DNA from: Octopus sinensis
Taxonomy: Eukaryota
Reading direction: 5' to 3'
NCBI RefSeq assembly: GCF_006345805.1
Contig: NC_043022.1
Location: 18,972,001 to 19,036,000 of the forward strand
DNA length: 64,000 nucleotides
The translations under genes were made by a program, and so were the position numbers. Within the stretch, counting starts at the first letter, position 1, and the number at the start of each line of letters is the position of its first letter. Shown here in pieces: positions 53,315-64,000 of this stretch. A model generated the notes under the pieces. The model was not told the DNA's origin, made no database searches, and saw nothing but the letters and a program-made list of their open reading frames with translations.

Positions 53315-54795
53315 TCTCTTATTATAAAAGGCATCTCTTATTATAAAAGGCAGATTTTATCTGCCTCCCTTTGGGAGTTATAGAAATCTACAATATAGGA
53401 TTTCTTCAATTACAATTTACCTAGCATTTTTAAGAGTAGAATGCATCGCGTCATGCCAGGTCCAGTTTTTAAAATTTAAACTCCAATTAAGCAAAATTTA
53501 CAGAAAACTCACATTCTGGTGTGTGTGTCAAATGCTTTTCTTAGTCTGGTTTACACCACACGCAAACGCACACACACAGTGTGCAACGAATAAAATGAAA
53601 GTAAATAGCGACAGAGTGATTTGAGGAAGACTAAACTGAAAGTATTTAAACCACTACTCAAAAAATAAAAAAAACACAGCAAACAGAAACAAATAAATAC
53701 ATAACCATTTACTCCTCACACAATTTCTTCAATTAGAATTTACCTAAGATTTTTCAAAGTACTCCATTCGCTCATGCCATAATATATTTCTATCAATTTC
53801 ACCCCCAATTAAGACAAAATTCGAGAAAACTCAATATTTTAACATTTCACTCCGAAAGCATTGATGTACTGTGTGCGTGCGTGAGTGTGTGTGGTGTGTG
53901 TGTGTTGTGTGTGTGTGTGTGTGGTGGTGTGTTTGATGGTTGTGCGACACAGAAAGTGTGGTGTGTAAGTGAAGTGCTTTTGTTAGTGGTGTAAAGAGAC
54001 AGACAGAGTGAAAGACAGAAATAACTGAAGTTTTCACTATGATATCATCACGTGCGAAAAAATTCGAAGGGTTTTGAACAATTGAGATACAGATGTCACG
54101 CCTGTATTGAAACCATTGCTAAGCTGCCGTAATTGCTTAATTAAGACTTTGTTTAAATTGAAAGGGGCAAATATGTGACGAGGTTGAAAAAAAATACCCC
54201 AGAAAAAAAAATGTACTGCTGGTTTTTAATCACACTATTTTTGCTACAATGTCATGAAAAAGAAAAAATTTAGGTATGTAAATTGAATTCGCCACCCCCT
54301 TTTCCCCGTTCGCGTTTGTGTAAAAAAAATTATTATTTAAGTTTTAAAAATTATTTACTTTCTTCAAAAAATATTAATATTAATTAATTTTCAAGAATTA
54401 TTTAATTTTATTCTGTAAAATAGTAATTAATTCATTTATCTGTAAATCCGCGAGGTTGTTACTCAGGCACCTACAATGGTAACTTTCAACTAACACTATC
54501 TCCTCCGAGACCCTGCGGCACAGGTTGACCAAAATTGAGAGTATGGTAGAAGAAGGGTTGCTCTTCCTTCCGTAGAACATAAAATTCAAATCGGACCATG
54601 TTAACACCAAAAATTATTTACATCAAAAAGATGCTTTTTTCTATGAAAATCCCTATTTTTTACGATTTTTTCACTGCTGTGTCGCCACTTTTCGGTGTAT
54701 TTTTCGACCGAAAAATGTTCACAAAATTTTACTTTTCAAAATTACAATTCCAGCGGGTCGAAACAAACCCGAGCAACGCCGGGCGATACTGCTAG
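53315..54795 (+). mobile_element. Non-autonomous Helitron-like element
   Basis: 5' A|TCTCTTATTATAAAAG (tandemly duplicated). 3' GC hairpin CCCGAGCAACGCCGGG followed by CGATACTGCTAG|T. Confidence 0.75.
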
Positions 54796-54829
<34 letters not shown>

Positions 54830-54902
54830 TATATGTATTTGTATATATACATACAAACCCACATACATAGATACGTGCATGCATGCATACATATAAACAC
54901 GC

Positions 54903-54953
<51 letters not shown>

Positions 54954-55232
54954 CATATGTATATATACGTACAAACTCACACATACACACATACATACAT
55001 ACAAACATACATGCAAACAAACACATACATGCATGCATACATACAAACCCACATACATGGATACATACATACATACATACATAATACATACATACATACA
55101 TAATACATACATACATACATACATGCATACATACATACATACATACATGCGTACGTATGTACGTACGTGCATACAATTAACTAATTTTTCCCCTCGTTAT
55201 TTAACGAGATATGCTGTAGCCTCAAATCTGAC

Positions 55233-55350
55233 CTTTGCTGAAGGTACCACACTTATGAGGTCGATGCGATATCGAGATGGATCGTTGAACGGACTGGTGA
55301 TTATGGTGGTTGTTAGTTGTTCCACTGCTACTGCCTCACCGTTTGGAGAT
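55233..55350 (-). other. Possible orphan exon (uncertain)
   Basis: Unique, CpG-containing island between microsatellites. Open frame SPNGEAVAVEQLTTTIITSPFNDPSRYRIDLISVVPSAK with an AAG|gtcaga donor and a long CT tract upstream, but TTTCAA instead of a canonical AG at the expected acceptor. Confidence 0.25.
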
Positions 55351-55366
55351 TGAAATGGAGAGAGTG

Positions 55367-55411
<45 letters not shown>

Positions 55412-56439
55412 TATGAGATGGTAGTGTGAGACACAAGGGATGAGATGGTAGTGAGAGAGATAAAGGGGTGGGAGTAATGTTTTAAAAATAGAAATCCAAT
55501 ATTGAGCATAGATATTAATAGATGCTATGCGTGAAGTTTCCTGTAATTGTATAAGTTGGAAATATAACGGGAACTGAGAGAGGGGTCAACTATAAAATAT
55601 GTTATTCTATGTGAAGGCCAGCTATGCTTTCGGAACGACAAATGGAGCGGCATATTTCCGTAGAATAAGGGAGAGAGTAATCTTTTTTCTTTTTCTTTTT
55701 CTTTTTTTTTGCTTATTTCATCCATGTGAATGCGGCCATGCTGAAGCATCGCTTTGAAGGGTTTTAGTCGAATAAATCAACCGCTAGGCTTATTTTTTAT
55801 AGCCTAGTACTTATTCTATCGGTTTCTTTGTGCCGAACTGCTAGGGTACGGTAATTTAAACATACCAACACCAGTAGTTAAGCGGTAGGAGTGGGTGGGG
55901 TGGAGGCAAACATGGACACAAAGACACACATATAGGTATTTGCTTCGCAACCACATGGTTCCGGGTTCACTCCGACTGTGTGGCACATTGTGACAGTCTC
56001 AAGGTGCCACGCAGTGGGAGTACACTCGGAACCTTGTGAGTGGATTTGGTAGACGGAAACTAGAAGAAGCCTGTCGTATATATAGATTTTTCTGTATATA
56101 TATATTTATACACACAGACATCACACACACACACATATTTGTGTGTGTGTGTGTGTGTGCCTTTGTATCTGTGTTTGTCTTCCACCGTCGCTTGACAACC
56201 GGTGTTGGAGTGTTTACATCCCTGCAACTTGGCGCTTCGGCAATAGAAACCGATAGAATAAGCACCATGCCTATAAAAGAAGAGCAGTGCTGGAGTCAAT
56301 TCTTTCGACTAAAATTCTTCACAGCAGTGCCACAGCATGGCCACTGTCTAATAACTGAAGCAAGTACAAGTAAAAGCGATACGACGAGCTTCTTTCAGTT
56401 TCCATCCACCAAATCCACTCATTAGGATTTGATCAGCCC

Positions 56440-56922
56440 GACGCAAAGATGGTGGAGGACCATTAAAGGAAGACTTGCTCAAGTTGATGCAAAGATAATC
56501 AAGAATTGCCATGCAGAATTCATGACTACAGGATTTGTAGCTGGTACTTGAAGTGGTCGTCCTTCCAGTTCATCAAGGTCTGCATGACTGGATGGCCAGA
56601 AGCCCTGATTTAACACCCTGTGACTGTTTTCTTTGTGGTTGTTTAAAGGAGGAAGCCTTCTCTACCAAACCAATGACTTTAGAAGAGCTTGAAGAGTGAA
56701 TACGAGAAGTTATGTCTTTCATTCCAGAAGAGTTCCTGATGAAATCAGTTGATGTGGTTCCCAGGCCGCTTCAGAAGCTGGTAGTGAATGCTGATGCCTA
56801 TACCAAATTTTAAATAAAATTCCATGCTATACACTTTCTTTACATATTCGTTTTTTTTAAAAATTATTTAATAAATAGATTATAAGTATTTTAAAATAGG
56901 GAGTTACTTTTCAATCACCCTG
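56440..56922 (+). mobile_element. Tc1/mariner-superfamily transposase 3' remnant with terminal repeat
   Basis: DWMARSPDLTPCDCFLCGCLKEEAFSTKPMTLEELEE*IRE (WPxRSPDLTPCDFFLWG motif). Ends ...CAATCACCCTG|TA. Confidence 0.85.
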
Positions 56923-57003
<81 letters not shown>

Positions 57004-57253
57004 CGTGTATGTGTGTGTGTTTGCGTGTGAGTGTACAGTGAGAATTTACGAAAAGAGCAAAAGACGAAGACGGGTGTGTAAACAACAAACAGATGTATTA
57101 GTTTAACGCTCAGGAAGTAAGAAAGTATTTTACATTTTGAGCCTACGCTCTTCAGCAGAAAGGAACACAGAAGTAAACAGAGAGAATTAAAAAAAAAAAG
57201 GTTTACTGGCTAGCGATCAATCATGGCAACTGCCGGACAGTGGAGTCAGACAA

Positions 57254-57294
<41 letters not shown>

Positions 57295-57540
57295 TGTGTG
57301 TGTGTGCGTGTGTGTGTGTTGTGTATGTGTGTGTGTGTGTTTGTGTTTACGACGGGCTTCTTTCAGTTTCTGTCTACCGAATGCACTCACGGGACTTGGG
57401 TCTGCCCGAGGCTGTAGTAGAAGGTACTTACCCAACGTACCACGCAGTGGGACTGAACCCGGTACCAAGTGGTTGGGAAGCAAAATTCTTACCACACAGA
57501 CACGCCTACGCCTATATAAGAACAGAAACAGAGAGATAGG

Positions 57541-57583
<43 letters not shown>

Positions 57584-57770
57584 TGTGTGAGTGTGTGTGC
57601 ATGTATTACGTTTGACCAGTGAGGGTCTCGCCAAACTGGACAGCCATACAATTAGGAATTTGATAGATTATTTATATTATTCTATCCATTTCCATCTGTG
57701 TAATTAGCTTCGGTTTTGTATTTTAGTCATCCTGTGTACATACATGGATACATATATACATATAAATTTA

Positions 57771-57820
<50 letters not shown>

Positions 57821-58121
57821 CACACAGATTAGTTATATGTACATACATATTATACATACATATATATATACATATATATACACACACATCTATATATATA
57901 ATCAGTATTTGTGCATACATAATGTGTATGCATATATGTGCACATATATGTATATATATATATATGTATATATGTATACATGTATATATAGATAGATACA
58001 TGATACATATAATTATGTGCATACACGCATAAATGCATAAATATATATGTATGTGTGTATATATATATATCGTATATGTGCATACATAATGTGTATGCAT
58101 ATATGTGCACATATATGTGTG

Positions 58122-58158
<37 letters not shown>

Positions 58159-58379
58159 GATGATAGAGAGAGAGAAGAAGAGAGAGAGAGAAAGAAAAAG
58201 AGAGATACGATACATATAATTATGTGCATATATGTATCAATGCATAAATATATATGTATGTATATATATATATATTATATATATATATATATACAGAGAG
58301 AGAGAGAGAGAGAAAGAAAGAAAGAAAGAAAGAAGAGAGGTAAATAGAATAGAATAGATAGATAAATATATAATATATA

Positions 58380-58425
<46 letters not shown>

Positions 58426-58433
58426 AGAGAGAG

Positions 58434-58474
<41 letters not shown>

Positions 58475-58935
58475 TTCATACATATTTAGGTATGTGTGTG
58501 TATACATATACATATATGTGCATGTATACCACACATGCATACGTGCGTATTATACATACATACATACATACATACATACATACATACATACATACATACA
58601 TACGTACATACGTACATACATACACACATAGAAACACATTAACACACATTTAGGGAATTGAAAATTGTAGATGGGAAAACCTAATTAAAAACTAAGTCGT
58701 TAGTCTACCATTCTGATATTGATATGGGAGAAAAGGGCGCTCTCTATCAATAGAGGGTTAATTATAAAATAATGACAGTGAGTGTAAATTAACAGATAGG
58801 ATCCACGGAGACTAATTAGTGCAGATTAATCCGCCGGAATGCACACAAACACACACAAGTATGAAAAGATATATACATATGCATATATGTATGCACATAT
58901 ATACAGATTCTCATATACATACATTACACACACGT

Positions 58936-58973
<38 letters not shown>

Positions 58974-60961
58974 CCACGTTCGAGCTCCAGCATGACCACA
59001 GCCGCATGGCTGAAAGGAGTTAAAGCGTAAAAAAAGTGTGTGTGTATATATTCCTCATTTTCCTCTCCCTGTCCTTCAGCTAATCCTCACTCCATTCAAT
59101 AATACTACATACTCTAAGCGCTGGCGTGGCACTGTGGTAAGGAGCTTGCTCCCCAACCACATGACGCCGGGTTTCAGTCCCACTGAGTGACACCTTGGTC
59201 AAGTGCCTTCTACTATAGCCTTGGACCGACCTATGAGTGGAGTTGGTAGACGGAAACTGAAAGAAGCCTGTCATATATTTTTTGTTGATTTTACCTCTAT
59301 TTGATGTATAAACTACATACAGAGGATTTTCCCTATATCTATAATCTTGACTCTGCCGTTTTCTTCAACTGATTCCAAATTTTGGCACAATGCCAGCAAT
59401 TATAACAAAGGGGTGAAGTCGATTTCATCTCGTACTTATTCTATCGACCCTGAAAGGCAAAGTCGACCACAGCAGAATTTGAACTCAGAACATGAAGATA
59501 GATGCTCTGAAGCATTTTGCCTGGTGAGCTAACAGTTCTGTCTGTTCAGCACCGTATGTTGTTTTCTCATATTGATTCCGAATTTTGGCACAAGGCCAGC
59601 AATTTCCGGGAAGTGGGTGAGTCGATTTCCTCGACCCCAGTGCTCAATTAGAATTTTATCTTGTAGACCCCCGAAGGACGAAAAATAGAATCGACTGCGG
59701 CGAAAGTAAAGACGGATGAAATACCGCTAAGCATAATGATAATTATTATTATTACAACAACAACAGCAGCAACAACAAGTGGAGGCGCAATGGCCCAATG
59801 GTTAGGGCAGCGGACTCGCGGTAGGAGGATCGCGGTTTCTATTCCCAGACCGGGCTTTGTGTGTGTTTATTAAGCGAAAACACCTAAAAGCTCCACGAGG
59901 CTCCGGCACGACCCCCGTTGTACTCTTTCGTCCCAACTTTCTCTCACTCTTTCTTCCTGCTTCTTGTCCCTGACTTCCTACGCAACCGCTGAGCCTGGAT
60001 GCGCATTCATCCATCCGTCGATGCTCTCGGTGTCGGGAGGTTGACCTGCTTTCTCTTCTGCGGGTCTTACGAATAGCAAAGGACCACGTTTCGGACTTCT
60101 CACATCTTGCGAGCTCTGGGACGAAGACCGTTCGCTCAACAACAACAGCAACAGCAGTAACAACAACAACGAAGACAACAACAATAGTTATAATAATGAT
60201 AATAATCCTTTCTACTATAGGCACAAGACCTGAAATGTGGGGAAGGGTATAGTCAATTACATCAACCCCAATAGTCAACTGGTACTTATTTTGTCGACCC
60301 CGAAAGGATGAAAGGCAAAGTCGACCTCGGCAGAATTTGAACTCAGAATATGACGACCACGAAATACCGCTACGTATTTTGCCCGGGATTCTTTTACTCT
60401 TTTATTCTTCTACTTGTTTCAGTAATTTGACTGCGGCCATACTGGAGCACCACCTTTAGACGAATCAAATCGACCCCAGGACTTATTCTTTGTAAGCCTA
60501 GTACTTATTATATCGGTCTCTTTTGCCGAACCGCTAAGTTACGGGGACCTAGATATACCAGCATCGGTTGTCAAGCGATGTTGGGGGGACAAACGCAGAC
60601 ACACAAATACACACACACATATGTATATATACATATACATATACACGACGGGCTTCTTTCAGTTTCCCTCTACCAAATCCACTCACAAGGCTTTGATCGG
60701 CCCGAGGCTATAGTAGAAGACACTTGCCCAAGGTACCACGCAGTGGGACTGAACCCAGAAATGTGGTTGGTAAACAAGCTACTTACCACACAGCCACTCC
60801 TACGCCTCATGTTTATGAGGATGATGATAATAAGTGGCGAGATTAAATTCTGGGCAAACAGGTAATGCTGGAAGGGAAGCTACTAGTGCGACTGATATTT
60901 CATAGCGAGAAGCGCCTAGTCATCAATGTTCTCTGATTTTCTGGATGCTTCTTTCTATATA

Positions 60962-61356
60962 TCTTTATATATAAAAGTGAGGTTGTGTGCTGTCTGTCTC
61001 CTACGATTTAGATTCCTAACTACTCCCACATTCTGCGGTGCAGTTTAACCAAAACCGGGTATCTTATAGTTGTGATTCATATCGAGCCCTTCTGGGTATT
61101 AGCGCGCGTCTACGATGAGTCTACGATTAAAAAAAAAATTACCATTAATTTTTCCCATTTTTAATGTATTCTTGGCATATATAAGGGAAGTAACTCTCTA
61201 AAAATTTATTATTAAATCTCAGAACGTAAAAAGCTACAGTAACACCCCCTCTTTGTGGTTAGCCATATTGAGATGGCTATTATACTTTACATCTCTAAAA
61301 ATGCTTATATAGTTATTTCCCTTACAAACCCGAGCAACGCCGGGCGATACTGCTAG
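60962..61356 (+). mobile_element. Non-autonomous Helitron-like element
   Basis: 5' A|TCTTTATATATAAAAG. 3' end ACAAACCCGAGCAACGCCGGGCGATACTGCTAG|T is identical to the element ending at 54795. Confidence 0.75.
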
Positions 61357-61844
61357 TAATATAATATTATAAGAGCAGTTAAATAGCTCTCCATTGAATG
61401 AAACTGTTGTTTAATGGGAAGAATAAAGAGAGAAAGCAAAGAAAGTCTCTGAGAAATAGAGTCCTCGAAGTGCACTCGCACAACATGGCTTCCTTCCGGC
61501 GGTCCCGGCAGCCATCTTGTCCTCTTGACCACTTGAGCTTAATAGATAGATTAGAATACACCTACAGATCTCTGGTAACACAGGATTTCCATGGAGAAAA
61601 CAATCGATTAATCTGATATGTGTTTGCTCTATGTATGTTTGTGTGTGTGCTTCTGTGTGTTTGTGTGTGTGTGGTGTTTGATTTATAAACAGTTGCCTAC
61701 AGTAACATTTGATAGTTTTCTTAAAACATTTGAAAAATGTGACTCATCTTTCCAGCTTTAAACAGTTACATTCTCACCTATAAATATTAGCTGCAGAGAA
61801 CACATGAATATATATACACCATCACAAAACCGCCACCACCACAG

Positions 61845-61876
<32 letters not shown>

Positions 61877-62303
61877 GGATCTTTTCGGTTTGAACAGCAG
61901 TTTTTTCTAGCGGTGTCATATGAAATTGTCAACCATAATTATGACCCTAGTATCGATCTATTGCATTTCAATCTGTTTTAGGGTTAGGGTTAGGGTTTGG
62001 GGTGGGGGAAGGGTATCTTTTTTCTTCACAAATGTAAATAAACCCAATCTGTTTCTTAAACGAGGGACATATTCATACGGCACAGAATGTTTTTTTTTTT
62101 ACCTCAATAGACGTCATTGACTGGTTGAAATTGCAGAAATTGAAGAAAAAACCCAACAAATAGCTTACAAACTATAGAATTTTCTCAATAAAGCCAAGAG
62201 AAAAAAATGTTTTATAAACACATTCTACCAGTATACGAAGTTTAAAAGTATTTAGTTACGTGGAAATTATTTTAAAAAGCTGCCGGTCAAACCGAAAAGA
62301 TCC
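61877..62303. mobile_element. MITE with GGATCTTTTCGGTTTGA TIRs inserted in (TAC)n
   Basis: Left GGATCTTTTCGGTTTGAACAGCAG, right CTGCCGGTCAAACCGAAAAGATCC. Partial copies at 51530-51762 and 52111-52305. Confidence 0.8.
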
Positions 62304-62337
<34 letters not shown>

Positions 62338-63677
62338 CACAAAGTGAGAGGACTGTTTCAGAAAAATATATTTGCTACATTCTCAGTGCGGGTTTACTTA
62401 TAGTGAGAGACGAGTGGTTTTGGAGGGTTTTAACTCCTCTTTCAAGCAGACAGGTGCTTATTGTACCTTGACGTTTTATTACTTATTTTCCATATTTGGA
62501 TTATGTTTGCTGGCCACTTTATCATTATTTTTATAGATAATGATAACTTATTTAAATCATATATATATATATATATAGTTATCGCCAAGCTAACTTGGCA
62601 GTCCAGATAAATAGGACGAATGCTGCCGTTGATTAGCTCCAAGAGGCCATCGCCTCTAGCTAGCTATGTGACACACAAACCTGTGTCCATTATAACCTTT
62701 GAACAGGGGAGGTCAGCAGCTTCCCCTTGCTGGTCTGGCATCCACAGACTAGTTTCGAGGTGTTTGCCTCTTATCAATGTAGAGTAGCCGAATCCAGAAG
62801 GCGTCGCTGCTGACCCACTGTTCAATGTTTGTGCGTCACATAAGCTAGCTAGAGGCGATGGCCTCTTGGATCTAATCAACGGCAGCATTCGTCCTGTTTA
62901 TCTGGACTGCCATGTTAGCTTGGCGATAACTATTAATATCCAGTACCACTGCCATAGTCTCCTTTAGAGAGAATTAGAAAATATATCTATATATCTCTAT
63001 CTATCTATCTATCAATATATATATATATATATATACTAAATAAGAAAATGGAGAAATACACCTTAATCAATAATCAACTACCAGATAATACCCAATCACA
63101 TAATTTATTAACCCACTACATATGAACATCAAAGTCAAACATAATAGTACAGAACAAAACAAGTGGGTTAATAAATTATGTGATTGGGTATTATCTGGTA
63201 GTTGATTATTGATTAAGGTGGTAAAACATTTTACCTTTGCCCATATAATACAATAAATGAATTAATTGCATCGCAATTCTTAACATTTATGTATTAACTT
63301 TGTTGGGTGCTTCACTGGCAGTATATTGGATACATGTTATCCCATGGTGGGTTGCACTCACAACCCCTATCTCAATTTATATATTTATATATATATAGAA
63401 GGTTGATTGTGTACGGACAGAGAGTGATCATTGGTTTCGCGCCTATAAAACGCTTAGTTGTATAGGCGACTCATCCGACTCAAATAGTCCGAGGCACACG
63501 CACGCATCCACCAATGCATGCACACACACACACACACACCGACACACACACACCGACACACACACACCGACACACACACTTGAATGCATGTAAGTAATAT
63601 ATAATTATATATAATATAATATATATATATATATACACACACACACATATAATATATTATATATATATATAGATATA

Positions 63678-63714
<37 letters not shown>

Positions 63715-63907
63715 ATATATATGCAGTCATCAAAATTGTTATGATGTCTTGTTGTTGAGATAGGTTTTCTTTCTTTCCTGATGAGAAGATTGCATTTTTA
63801 CACCGTTTACTGCTTTGCTGCTTTGGAATAAAACCAATGTTGTCTTCGAAACATATGTCGAAAGTAAAAGAATTTGAATAGCATCTGCGTTCAACTCCAT
63901 TAATTTA

Positions 63908-63949
<42 letters not shown>

Positions 63950-64000
63950 TATATCACATATGTTGATATTACACTGTATATTTCGTAAACTCCTCTCTCA

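Noticed and set aside
59781-59855. tRNA-like sequence
   Set aside because: It is the head of a SINE, with a degenerate B box and the SINE body following. It does not form a full cloverleaf.

Overview
AT-rich, microsatellite-saturated animal DNA. The SINE families and repeat landscape suggest an octopod cephalopod (Octopus-like); this is an inference. The main content is one large minus-strand gene. I spliced 21 exons (47335 down to 549) by GT-AG boundaries with fully consistent phases into a 4824-nt, ~1608-codon open frame, open at both ends. The predicted secreted protein has, in order: a vitellogenin/LLTP-like helical segment, furin sites, an amphipathic helical region, a degenerate M23/LECT2-like domain, a SAP-like motif, a Cys-rich module, a Gly-rich amphipathic beta region, FN3-like and PAN/apple domains. 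Introns and the region beyond a 100-N gap (48090-48189) hold four or more SINE families, fragments of RTE, CR1, Tx1, Penelope, mariner and Tc1 elements, Helitron-like elements, MITEs and a probable solo LTR. They also hold many long fold-back palindromes and degenerate minimal hammerhead ribozymes. Most ORF-track entries are microsatellite artefacts.
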